A stretch of 64,000 nt of DNA, taken from NCBI GenBank assembly GCA_010015585.1, contig ML975161.1, one strand, 5' to 3'. The notes beneath the pieces are model-generated. The model saw only the letters and a program-made list of their open reading frames with translations. It was not told the DNA's origin and did not search any database. Below are positions 25,150-37,477 of this stretch, piece after piece. The number at the start of each line of letters is the position of its first letter. The first letter of the stretch is position 1. Source of the stretch: Eremomyces bilateralis CBS 781.70. Its lineage: Eukaryota. Position numbers and translations under genes: made by a program.

Positions 25150-25939
25150 CTACATCGAGCCTGCCCTGTCCGCCGCGAACCTGCACACCTCCATAACCAC
25201 CTTCTGTGACCCGTCCTCGTTATTGACATCCCCGATGTATCCCACCCAACCCTGGGAGACCTTGGTGAAAGCAACCGCAGCCTGCCCCTGGCGAACGGGT
25301 TCCGGTGGCAAGACACGAGACTGGAGTTGGGAGTCAGCCCCGGGTTTGTACATGGAGTCCCCTGGAACGACGTTTTTCAAGAAGAGACTCTTCTGGCTGT
25401 AGGAGCCAGGCAAGTTCGCCAGGGAAATGGATGCCATACCCCTATGAGGAGTTCTTGTTAGCATATCCTAGTAAAAAGCTGATCGGGACCAAGCCGAACA
25501 AGCAGTGAGATGGTGCGATGAGTTACCTATTGAGATGTACGTCAGTGCGGAGATAGTCACCCCTCTTCCAGCCAAGCTCCCATTTCCCCCAAAAGTTGTT
25601 CATTTCATCGAGCGTAACGAAGCTGCTGAAAGACGCCATGAACAATGCAACACCGCCTTTTGAGACGTACGCCTTCAGTTGGTCAAAGACCGATGAGTTC
25701 GCCCTTTTCAGAACCCCGGGGTCGACCGCCAGAACAGCGATGGGACGGTTCTCAGAGTTCGCAAAGTATCGTTAGGCGGCATCTTGCTTGCGTGCACGCT
25801 GGACTCGGTATTTCGAGGCGAGTGATTCGATCAGATCAGAGTAGATCGCATCAAAGAGCCCTTGATATATCTCGTTTTCATCAAGATTGAGGACGAAGAC
25901 CGTGGGCCTGCTCTGAGAGGAGTTTGTTTCTCCTGGCAT
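25150..25939 (-). pseudogene. Pseudogene of a conserved-looking fungal hypothetical protein; nonsense codon 25772-25774, frameshift at about 25568-25575, intron 25442-25526
   Basis: Reconstruction: MPGETNSSQSRPTVFVLNLDENEIYQGLFDAIYSDLIESLASKYRVQRARKQDAA*RYFANSENRPIAVLAVDPGV..LKAYVSKGGVALFMASFSSF..WSL/WKRGDYLRTDVHLNR-GMASISLANLPGSYSQKSLFL..GWVGYIGDVNNEDGS. Confidence 0.75.
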
Positions 25940-27421
25940 GTTGAACTGAATGAATGACTTGCAATCTTGAAGCTGGGTGTTCTTGCGGTGTTCTTGCGGT
26001 GTTCTCGTGTGCTCCTAATATAGTACTTTGATTCTTCGGCCATGCCTTCAGTAGACAAACGAGTGTCCATTAGTACTACAAAAGAAGGGTCTTTTACAAA
26101 CAAAATCGATAGAAACTCTCATCCGGAGCCCACTTCATGTTGTTACTGCGGATTTAATTTAATTTGCTTGACATACTTCCCCATCCTTCAAGAATTGTAT
26201 CTAGAAATGGGGTAGTCGAGCGGCTTCTTTCGCACGACAAACACTTGACCTCCGACCTCATCAGAATTGGCTCTCCGCCACCACAGACCAGAGCAATCTC
26301 CTCCCAAGATCTTGGTTTGAAGCGATTCCTGCGATGGACGATTAGTAGTGTCCCGAGAAACTGAAGAGGCATGTAGATGATTAGCTTGGTTCAATTTTGA
26401 AGTCGTCCCGCATCCGAAGGTCATCGCCCATAGGGACCGAACCATTTGCCCAAACTTCGCCCAAGGCGATGGCAGCGTTAAAAGGACATCTCCATGTCCT
26501 TCTGCTTGAGCCATAACTTTGTCCCTCAAAGCAGCGCTTCAACTCGTGGAGAAATGGAGTCGCCGGCCACCACAGCAGTCAAAATCCATCCGTCCAACGG
26601 CTTTCCTGCTCAAATGAATTCCAAATAATTTCATCGCCCAGTTCATCCATATTATCAAGAAGCCGCAGGATCGCGTTTCAGATCGTGGTGGGTCTATACA
26701 CCAGGTTAAGTAACCAATATAATTGACGAGGGGTCAAAACCAAGGCCCACAAACGATCCAAACCCCAAATCCTTCCTCAAAACCTTGCTCAAGGCTAAGG
26801 CAGATGATGAAAGATGTTCGCGTCAGCTGGAGGCAGTGTGATACCAGCGACACGGTGCAACAGGACATGAGCAAGCTCAGCGGTCCCATTGCGGGTTCCA
26901 AAGACTGTCTTTACATTTGTTGCTCGCCGTAGCGAGCCAATCGTTGTAAAGCGATTGAGAACAGATACTACACTTGATCTAAGCCAAAAGGCAAAGACGT
27001 TAGGGTCGTTAGCAAGCCTGAAACCATATAGTAGGGTGCGGGGGTACAAACAGAGATAAAGAAAAAAATTCTACGTTCAAGGCGGGAAGAGGAAGTTTAT
27101 ATACTCGAGGGCGGGCGCTTGGACCGTAGAATAATTATGTAACGGGAACTCGGTAGAATCCTGTAGAATGAGTCCTGTTGTGTTAGGCACTGCTGGTACT
27201 CAGCAGATGGGCCAACTCGGTGGCAAATGAATTTCAGCGGGTCTATGCAGTTTGGTATTGGTGGCGCACTGTGTCGTGGTCAACTCGATCGCCCCGCTGC
27301 CGTCAAGCAGCAGGCAGCAACCTGGACACCGGATCACTGATTTCGCGAAACATATACTCAACCAAATATGCAGCGAGAGCCTTGAAATCTTATGAGACGG
27401 AATATGGCTGTTAAATCATGC

Positions 27422-27667
27422 ATACATCATCGGCCGAGCGGTTCGCAAGATATCCGCGAGAGCGGAAGCAGTGGTTCCTCGTAGTGAACAACAATTGAGG
27501 ATAAAAATAAGGCTAAAGCGGGCAATCCACCGTAGCGCTAGCGTGGTTTTCTAAAAGGTTTTCCCTACGGGGTTTTTTGTCCTCCATAGTAGCGATACAG
27601 CCTGCATGGACTAGATAGGACCTATCAGGCGTTAAATAGACCAAATAATAATACATCATCGGCCGAG
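27422..27667 (+). mobile_element. Probable 5'-truncated non-LTR retroelement (LINE 3' end or SINE), 212 bp, with a 17-bp target-site duplication
   Basis: ATACATCATCGGCCGAG is repeated perfectly at 27422-27438 and 27651-27667; the insert ends in self-complementary GCCTG..GATAGG-A-CCTATC-AGGC (27600-27630) and an A-rich tail AAATAGACCAAATAATA. Confidence 0.65.
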
Positions 27668-29494
27668 TCATGAATACCCAGTTGGATTCCATCTCCCAGC
27701 CAATGTTGAGGATTTGTTTGCTCCGGTACGGAGTACGGATACTACACAACAGATTGCATGCTGGGCAAGCACTCATTACATTTTTGAGAAATTCGAGTTT
27801 GACTGGCATAACATTGAGATCTGCAGTAGCCCTTGTAAATGTGGCTGAAATAAGGACGATTTAGTGGCAATAGATTGAGTCGGTACCACATATCCGCCTA
27901 CCAAGCCAATGATCTTCCAGTTTATGTCACGTCAATCCCAGCACCGCACCCCACAAAATGAAGGACAATGGAAACGTTTGTGGCTGAAAATGTTCTGCAT
28001 TTGAAATCTGAAGGTCAGTTCAAAGTTAGAACTTGGATCAATGGGGTAGTTTGTCTGGAGGATTGTCTAACTACGGCAGTGTCATGGAAGAAATGAACGC
28101 GAACGAATTCAAGCAGACCGAAAATGACACAGGCACTCAATATTTAAATCTGCCGGCAACAGATTTGAAATCCTCGACAGAGCGGCACCGTATTCTTGGG
28201 GAGAACGTTACTGTTGCTACAAATCTAGTTGTGATCAATCGCAGACTATATTCAATATCACAGCCGAGTAGCAATTCCCGATCCCCTCCCGTACAATCTG
28301 GCAAAGCGCATCCCCCTTCACTGAAGCCCCTAACGGGACCGGGATCCTCCTTAATCTAATAGAGTCGGGAGCTCACCGCCTGGCTACCCGAGTCTTGAGG
28401 AGTTACCATCACTTTGATACTGCTGAAGCTATTCAATGATAAACCACTCAGCAGATAGAAGGCCAGGTACAACTCTCAACCGTTGTGGCAATGTTGTTGG
28501 AACTTTCACAGTCTGCCTTGGTAGTTTCTGCCTCTTCATGTATAGGGACCCTATGATAAGGCAGTTGGGGTGTTATGGCCGAGGAAGAGCTAAGGAGCCA
28601 TAGAAATAGAGAGGATCGAAGACGCCCCCAGTGGTACGGAAGGGGTTCTACTACGGGTGGCGATGAACATAAGACCTTCGAGTCCCAGCGGGCAATGCGG
28701 GACGAGTAAATGCTCCTGGGGATTATATACAGCCCTGGCGGTATGTGCGAAAGTGGAAATCGATGTCTCCACAAGGGCCCAGCGTATCTCTGCTCTCTCG
28801 ATTGAAGGGTTTTAGGAGCTAAATACATAGAGGCAGTGTCTGTCACTATGGATGCGAATCAGGAAGGGTATTGGCGTTTACAAGACGAGGTACGCCTCTC
28901 ACAAAACAATGAATAATATTTGGGGTCGCGTTACATCCAAACTATCCGACATCACTTGTCAAGGCTCCGCCTAAGCCAGAAATGCTTGATTTATGTTGTC
29001 TTACGTCAGAGTCGTCGGGAACCAAAAAGCGTGCTGCCACAGCCCAAATTAGATAGTACCCCCGGATTGTGTGAACCAACCGGAATGGTCGGCTTACACC
29101 TCGTCAGACTCGCCGCTCACAGTTGCAGCAAATCCATGCCACTTGAGATTTGAGTAGGCTATAACCTAGGGTATGAATGGAGCAAAGACCATAAACCTTG
29201 AAATACCCAGCAGGCAAATACATACAAAGACTGCCTTGTGCATCATTACAAATACATAATAGTAGGTAGGCTTAAGGATGACAAAGGGGCCATTTTCATA
29301 TGGAAAGGATCAGTGCAGCTGAATACCTTAGCGGCTTAGCCGTGTTATACTGCATGGGATTTGTGAAAGACGGTTTTAGTATAAATATGACCAAGTTGTG
29401 CTGTTGCTATCATTTATCGGACCTTACACGTACAGTATTCGTAGGACAGAGCTAGAACACCATCAACATCCAATTTCAGGAATAGAGATAAAAC

Positions 29495-31119
29495 ATGGCG
29501 ACAGACGGCATTTCTTCGTACAGGACGCAGCTGTTCATCAACAACGAGGTATACGGATAGGATGTACGGAAACTATGCCTGCTAACATTGTCCTAGTATG
29601 TCGACGCAAAATCCGGAAAGACCCTTGATGTCTACAACCCCACTGATGAATCCCTGGTCTGTAAAGGGGTCCATATTGCCGGTGAAGCAGATGTCGACGC
29701 AGCGGTTGACGCAGCAGTCGCGGCGTTCAAGAAAGGACCATGGAACACCTACACTGCAGTGCAGCGGTCGGCTGTCATGAATAAATTCGCGGATCTCATT
29801 GAAAGCAGGGTGGCCGAGTTTGTGCGACTGGAAACCTTGGCCATGGGCGGTTCCTACGGCGTGCAATCTTACGCCTGGGGTTTGGCTGCGCGATGTTTTC
29901 GATATTATGCTGGGTGGACCGATAAACTGGCCGGCGAAGTCTATCCTCCGGAAAATGGGGAATACCGAATGGTCCGATATGAGCCCCTAGGTGTCTGCGC
30001 GGGTATCGGTGCATGGAATGGGAGCTCCATGTTGTTTGCCTGGAAATGTGCACCTGCTCTTGCTGCCGGGAACGTGTTCATTTTCAAGGCGTCAGAAAAG
30101 TCCCCGCTTGGAATTGTCGCCCTGGGAGACCTGATCAAAGAAGCGGGTTTCCCTCCAGGAGTCATTCAAATTGTCAATGGCGCTGGAGAGACGGGGGGAC
30201 TGCTTGCAAGTCATATGAAGATAAACAAGATCAGCTTCACCGGATCGATCAACGCTGGCCGTAAAGTCCAAGAAGCAGCGACGAAGAGCAACCTCAAACG
30301 TTGCACGCTTGAGCTTGGCGGCAAGTCTCCTGCCCTCGTGTTCAACGACTGCAACCTACAGAATGCCGTCGAGAAATGCGCGTTGGGTGTCCTCATGAAT
30401 TCTGGTCAAGTGTGCAGCGCCGCTACCCGGCCTCTGGTACAAGAAGAAATTGCCCCCAAGTTCATTGAATTGCTTAAGCAGCAATTCGTGGGTGCTGGGA
30501 GCACCCTGGGAGCCGACCCTCTCAAGCCCGAGACCCTCTTCGGTCCCCTGGCGGATAAAGCCCAATTCGAGTCGGTGATGTCGTTTATCGAGAGCGGCAA
30601 GTCGAAGAGCGGAGGGGAGCTTCTGGTGGGCGGAAACAAGGTCGGAGAGAAAGGATTCTTCGTTTCCCCCGCGATTTTCCTGAATCCGGACCTCGACTCC
30701 GACATCTACAAGAAGGAGATTTTCGGCCCGGTTGCTGCCATCCGGACGTTCAAGACGGAAGAAGAAGCAATCGAGCTTGCCAACGACACGACCTACGGCT
30801 TGTCTGGTGAGCAATGCGCCAAATGATGCATTTTAGGACCGACCACTGACCTTCATAGCTTGCGTCTACACCACGAATATTGCCAAGGCACTCCGTGTCG
30901 CGGGTAAGCTTGAGGCAGGCACAGTGGCTATCAACAACGCCTTCGTTCCCTCCATAGAGGTTCCATTTGGCGGGTACAAAATGTCAGGCATCGGTAGGGA
31001 ATCGGGCCGTCATGGCTTGATGGCGTACGTGGAAGTGAAGACCATTTCGATCAAGTAAGTATTCCTATGTGACTTGAATACAGCCTCTAACCGTACAACG
31101 TAGCACGGAAGTCGAGTGA
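29495..31119 (+). CDS. NAD(P)+-dependent aldehyde dehydrogenase; introns 29549-29596, 30807-30858, 31055-31103
   Basis: QLFINNEYV..VYNPTDE, YEPLGVCAGIGAWN, KASEKSP, ISFTGS, LELGGKSP (catalytic Glu), NSGQVCSA (catalytic Cys), EIFGPV, PFGGYKMSGIGRESG; TATAAAT at 29380-29386. Confidence 0.97.
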
Positions 31120-31237
31120 GTGCGTTCGCGTCGAGTTGGGCCGGGGAAGCAGTTCTGGGCCTATTGAACGAAGAATTAGCAAAGGGATCGGAAAGCGAGT
31201 AGAAAATTCATAACAGGTTTGTAACGTGAACTTACCT

Positions 31238-32885
31238 TTATACCTCGTCATCAGAAAAACCGTTCCATTCATCCTGCTCTTCTTCTGGTGATTCTCCGCC
31301 ATCCCTGAGGAATCCCACGAGAAAGAATCCCATAGTTCCCTCGTCTGTGCCTTTGCAACATCGAATGCATGCTTCAGCTAATTCGATCGGATCTTGGTCA
31401 TAACCCTGGTGCGCCTTAATGCTAGCCTCAACCGCCTCTTGAGACCCTCGCCTAGGCCAAGTAGCAATTCCCGATACCTGTTCCTCTCGAGTCCAGATTC
31501 TCCAGCCTCGCTCGCGAGCAATGCCTGATGCAAGTGCCCCGAACACCACCTCTTCGTTTTCTGTAGCATGAATGGAGCAGGTGGAGTATGTGATCTTTGT
31601 TGCAGCCGGAAAGCTCATCGCGTGTTTTATAATTTCCAACTGAAACTTCGCGAGTCCCTGTAATCTGGATTTGAGATCGTCCGCCATTATTGGCTCTGCC
31701 TCAACCAAGCTGGCGTCAGGAGAGTCCTGGATCTGTATTTGGGAGGGAATCGATGCCGTGTCTTTGCTTGGTCCTCGCTTTCGTTTGCGAGAGGGTGCAA
31801 TATGTGTCTGGTCTACTGCCGTGGGAGACCCGGGCAATTCGACGGTTGCAATATCATCTCGTCCAATAATGCCACTTCCGGAACAACTGGGATCTAGCAA
31901 CAGACCAGTGACTGTTCGAAGCTGGTCGGATTCGGGATCGCATGCAAGAAAGTCTTGGCCCCCATTTATTGAGACTATATGCTGAGCTCCAGCCCGCTCC
32001 ACCATCTTCCGTAAAGTCAATGCTCGCAGTTTGTCCTTCTCAAATGCAATCACTCGAGCCGAGCTGTCTCCACAAGAAGCGGCGAGCTGCGTCGTTTTGT
32101 TTCCTGGAGCAGCACACGCATCTACGATTGTTTCGCCAGGGCGCACCCCCATTAGTACTGCTGGGAAGCATGAAGCTTTGTCTTGCAATATGATTTGTCC
32201 CTGTGCGTAAGCAGTAGACTTCAAGAGATTCGCTGTAGAAGGCAATGCGAGCAGATTTGGAATATGAGCGTCCACATAGTACAGCTTGTCATCTGACGAA
32301 GCATCGGATATCTCTTGCAATGAAGTGGTATGCTTGTATCCATGCAGTAATGTTGCAGATAAATCATCCAGACTGATTTTGAGGGTATTGACCCTAACCC
32401 ACCGTATCCGCTTGTTGCCTTCAGAGGACAGGCTCTCGATCGAAGCTTTGAGCTCGTCTAGAGAGCCATATCCACGCTTGATACGGATCTTCGTCAACTC
32501 AGCCGAGAGTCTAGCTTTATGACGTGATATGGAGAGTCGAAGCGGATGGGCCGAGGGCGCAGCGATACCGGATTTCGAGAGTAAAAGGTCATGACAGAGT
32601 AGCAGTGCGAGGGTAGGTGTAAGCTAATTCCACGCGTCAGTATAGCTGCCACAAAAATGCAAAGATTGACCACAAAGGTCTTACCTTCTTCTCGATCGCT
32701 AGAACTCCACTCTGATTAATGATATCCTTGAGCACAGGGGACCATTTTGACGCTTCACTTAGCAACGCAAACAAGTGACCCGGCTTGTTTTTCAGCGTCT
32801 TGTTACTATACACCAGTGATTGTATGGAGCCCTTGCCAGACAAAGACGCCGATAGAATATCAGCGGCCTCGTAATAGAGCGACAT
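31238..32885 (-). CDS. RCM1: 25S rRNA m5C methyltransferase Rcm1 (NSUN5-type NOL1/NOP2/Sun); intron 32624-32684
   Basis: MSLYYEAA start, RWVRVNTLK, IILQDKASCFPA, DACAAPGNKTTQLA, LLDPSCSGSGI, YSTCSIHATENEEVV, GTMGFF. Confidence 0.93.
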
Positions 32886-33249
32886 TTGGGATCCGCAACG
32901 AAGTGTCGTTGTATCAAAGAATTATATCGAGGGACCGGGAAATTTCTTAGGGCTGAAAAGTCGCGTTCAGGGATATCTCACGCTCATAGTAATAATTAAA
33001 GGGTTCGCGCTGTTCGCGCTTTGCCGTTTCCAGTTAACTGCTCATTCTCCCATGCAGCTTGCGGTCATCCAAATATCTTGATACTGTGTACTTCCATACT
33101 CTGGAAGCTGTTACTACATCCAACAATCCAGGGCGACATCAACGGTCGTTATAATTATTGAGGCGTCAAATCCCACCATCCAAGCACCGCATGCTTTGCC
33201 GCCGACAAACCGACCAAGTAACCTGCGATAGTGGGTTAACCTTCAGACC

Positions 33250-35585
33250 ATGCGCAAGTCGAGGCCTGCAACGTCTGGCTATGCCAGATTGAATCAAGCA
33301 GAAGAAGAATCCGACATCGTTGGAGATTCCGAAGACGATGATCCTTTCCGATCCCAAAAAACCATCTCACAATCGAACCGCCAATACACCCCAATTCAAC
33401 CACGTCGCCATGCACGAATGTCATCCGATGGCCCAAGAAGCGGACATCGACCAGGACATAGACATAGACGTAGCTCAGGCGTGGATATCAAGGCAATAAA
33501 CGCGAGGTTAGAACGATGGGCGGATGAAATTGCTTCCAAATTCAAGATCCGGAAAGATCGGGGGACATTGAACGAAGAACCGCTTGAAATCCAACATTCG
33601 GTGTTCCAGGCTCCAGACTGGATTCGACCGGCAGATGCGGAGACGCTTGAAACGCAGTACGATGATTCGAATACTCGCGTGAGCAAAGAGGTCTTCGATG
33701 GGGCGGTTGAAAGCGTGCAGATTGCTATCGAGCAGGGGGTACATCCGAAGTTGATTTCACAGGGAAGCTCTGGAAGTTACTTCGCAAGAACGGCGGAAGG
33801 GGAGATTGTTGGAGTCTTTAAACCCAAAGACGAAGAACCGTACGCTTCAAAGAATCCCAAATGGACCAAATGGATCCACCGAAACCTTTTCCCTTTCTTC
33901 TTCGGCCGAGCATGCCTCATCCCCAACCTTAGCTACGTATCCGAAGCGGCAGCATACGTCTTGGATATGCGGTTACACACGAACATCGTACCATACACGG
34001 ACATCGTCTCACTTTCTTCGAAATCATTCCATTACGACTATTGGGACCGAAGAGCTTTCTATAGGAGAAGGAAGGCCTTGCCGCATAAAGTGGGTAGCTT
34101 TCAATACTTCTTGACCGGATACAAGGACGCGACACGCTTCCTGAAGGAGAACCCCTGGCCCGACCAAAACAACTCCATGTTACGCTCCGGGACAGCGGTA
34201 AGGAAGAAGGAGAGGAAGCGGATCAGATGGACGGACGATTGCCGGCCAGGTGGTCGGCCAGACTCCGATGACGAAGACAACGTCGTACCGAATGGCCACG
34301 AACGGAACAACCGCGAGATATTTTGGAGTGAAGAGCTACAGCAATCTTTCCGCGAGCAACTAGAGAAACTCGTTATCCTCGACTACATTATGCGAAACAC
34401 TGATAGGGGATTGGACAATTGGATGATCAGAGTGGATCGCGAGTCTCAAACCGCTAGTATAGTAGCCGAGCCACCGAAAGAGAATGGCGCGACTCGACTC
34501 AGTGGTCTCTTTGATGATGATGAGCCGTACAAGAGGGAGGAACCTATGTCGGTGAACGGAATTACGACAGATTCCGAAACACCCGACGAGAAGGTCTCGG
34601 TATCAATAGGGGCGATCGACAACAGCCTTTCCTGGCCTTGGAAGCATCCTGATGCTGTAAGTTTGACAGCCATTGACAACGCTTTGTCCAAATCTAACCC
34701 AGTATTCAGTGGCGCAGCTATCCGTTTGGGTGGCTTTTCCTCCCCGTGTCGCTCATCGGACAGCCTTTTTCGGAGGCAACCCGCAAGCATTTCCTGCCAT
34801 TGCTTACCTCGAAGCAGTGGTGGGCCGAAACACAATTAGAATTGCGTAAATGTTTCATGCAAGATTCGGACTTCAAGGAGAGAATGTACGCTCGTCAGAT
34901 CGCGGTCATGAAAGGACAGGCTTGGAACGTCGTGGAGACTCTCAAAACCCCGGATCACGGTCCTCTTGAGCTAACACGGAGAGCGCGAGTCTGTGTTTGG
35001 GACGACCTTGTCGATGTCCCCGTGGCCATGCCGATGCGCCCGCCGTCTCCAGAGCAAAGCCGTAGAGTCCGACAGGTTCCTCGGCCTCGTTCGACCGAAG
35101 AGATCGATATTAGCGCCGCCTATGCGTCCGAACCGCAACCAGACCTTCTCGCATTCTCGTCGCCTGTTAGAAATGGAGAGAGTTCAAATCGATTCAACGT
35201 ATCCCGTCATTCTAGCTCGATGGATGTTCGAGAGAGCATGGAGAACAGCGACGGGCCCCTATCCCCTGCATCGGTCAATGTAATGGTTGGTGGTTCTCAA
35301 ACCAGAGAACAGAATGGGGACTACGGTTGGACTTCACGCTCCGCTCCATTCCGTCCTCGTCTGAGCTACGAAGGCCCTCGTCGGTCACGACATAGCCAAG
35401 ACAAGGGACGGCGGAAATTCTCATTCAGCAAGCGCGGCGGCGTTCCGGAATTTGCGAACCAGGACGACCTGGAAGGCGATTTGGGCTATGCGGCCAATGA
35501 AGACCTCGAAAGTCATCACAAGCAGGTGATTGTGGAGAGGCTAGAGACGGTGAAGAGCAAGAACCCTGTATTCAAATGGTGTTAA
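33250..35585 (+). CDS. LSB6: Type II phosphatidylinositol 4-kinase Lsb6; intron 34657-34709
   Basis: [91 protein letters not shown]; ends PVFKWC. Confidence 0.96.
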
Positions 35586-36233
35586 ATGGCAAGATGTAAC
35601 GGATACCTGTATCGGAACTGTATCGCCTCTTGGGCAACCGGATTGTATGGCGTCTCGTGGTTCGACTAGCTTGAGCGTGGAGCATCAGTCATGAATTCAA
35701 TGCACGTCCAGGCTATGGATTGGTGTGTCTTAGAGCAATATCTCCGAGATCTAGATTCAAAGATCAACCCCTTCGATTTGCGTCTTTGTCCTTGTGCAAA
35801 TTCAAGCATCTATCAATGTCCTTCAAATAAACTCTGATGGTTCACATCTCACCCACTTGTTTCGCGCGCCAGGTCTTGGGCCGTAGAAGAAGGAGATCAG
35901 AAGTGAATTCGCGGTCACCAATTTTCACTACGAAGGATGGGCGAATATTTTCCATTTCCCAATCACTCTTGATGCTTCCACTACTCACTATCCCCTATCC
36001 AATCACTTTTGACACTCCCACCACTCACTGTAAATTACCTTTCCCATTCTCTCATTCGCCCCTCTCACGCCAACCTTACATCAAACCGTACACTTCTCCT
36101 CTCAATAGTGTCTTATGGTCAATTTGCGATCATATCAGGCGAGATACCAACCTCGCTAACCGCACACAAAGGCAGACAAACCGAGTTCTGAGGAGCAATC
36201 AGATAGGAGCCGACAGAGTGAACGGTTAAGCTT

Positions 36234-36703
36234 ATGACTAATGGTTTCACAAAAGGATCCCCAAACCCTGAACTCGACATGCAGGGTAGCCTTGACGGCA
36301 CGTTGGCGCGCACAGTTCAGACAACCGAAGATAAGATAAAGCGGTGGGTGGCCATATGGACAATCTACACTCACCTTGGATAATGGTATCAGTCTTCGCG
36401 ACGAGAACGACAGGTCCCGGAAAGAGATAGAGTTCCTCATAGGGGTGGTAGCCGGCAATATGCATGAGATGGAACGATTGCAAACGGGTCGGTAAATTGG
36501 ATTCTGACATGTCTCGCATTAAAGCAGATATAATCGAGCAGACCGAGGAGTAGCAGCGTCTTTACGAAGAGTCGAAGCGCCTCCAGGCCGTGATTTGGCG
36601 GAGCGGGTCGATTCTCAAGGATAAAACCGTGGAGTTAGCTGTGCATGAGCATGACCTGGAGCGGCTTCGGTCACTGAGTACCAAGGATCCTCAAGGCAGT
36701 TAG
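36234..36703 (+). pseudogene. Small spliced coiled-coil gene with one frameshift and an in-frame TAG (not in the ORF track)
   Basis: MTNGFTKGSPNPELDMQGSLDGTLARTVQTTEDKIKR (intron 36344-36392) LRDENDRSRKEIEFLIGVVAGNMHEMERLQT/VGKLDSDMSRIKADIIEQTEE*QRLYEESKRLQ..HDLERLRSL; ends TAG TGA TGA; pyrimidine-rich leader at about 35950-36110. Confidence 0.5.
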
Positions 36704-37477
36704 TGATGACACACAGTGGGAATGGCTCTGGTTGTTGCAGGCTGACGGGCGCGTGAAGAATGGGGGGGATACCAAGATGTACCCTTCTCGGCACTAGGGA
36801 AAGTACCGTCTTCAGTCTCATGAAGCTGAAAGCTCTGAGCATGGTCAAAGGCGAGATCTCGTGTTAAAGGTCCCACTTCAGCGTATTAAGTTTCGAAAGC
36901 CAATATCCAGAAAATCGGGTTCGAGGCCTAGAACACCTATACATGTGACACGACATAAAACCTTTGTTTCCGCTACTTGGGTAGGCTTGGACAAACATAT
37001 CACGATCTTGATTCCGTGAGGTTAGTTTTAGCCTTTTCGGGGCGGTTTGGCGATTGCCATTTTTCCACTATGTGCACGTGCTAGGCTCCCAGGCTGTCAC
37101 GTGGCTGAATCTATGGTCGTCTGACTCAGCTATCTGCTAGACCAATCAGATTGCCGTCTCGCCTCTCTCCTTGGTGGCACATGACACAATAGTCAACTCG
37201 ACTGGAATCCATGGACTGCAAGGAACAGGAATACATAGAAGGGTGCCAAAGATTGTAGCAAAGTATACATAGTCAAATTCCACCATCTTGACGTGTCGCA
37301 TCGAGTGTACATCAATTTCATCCACACTCATCAAAGTGAGCCTATTCAGATTTTATTGAGAGCCGGCGCATCAGCGAAGTGAGGATGTCTGACGAGTGAT
37401 CGGAGCTATCTCATTATCTCGTGAAGAGCGGCATGCAAGATAGACGGATTGGAATGTGTTAACGTAGACTAGGCAGC

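Noticed and set aside
26150..27050. Short minus-strand ORF fragments suggesting another gene relic
   Set aside because: No motif, consistent frame or splice structure could be reconstructed.
28033..29153. ORFs of 60-132 aa upstream of ALDH
   Set aside because: No recognisable domains or splice signals; consistent with chance or very old decay.
36703..36840. C/D-box snoRNA-like pattern (GTGATGA..CTGA..GTGAAGA..CTGA)
   Set aside because: No terminal stem and no rRNA-complementary guide that I can recognise; the C-like box coincides with the stop codons of the upstream relic. A snoscan/Infernal run would settle it.
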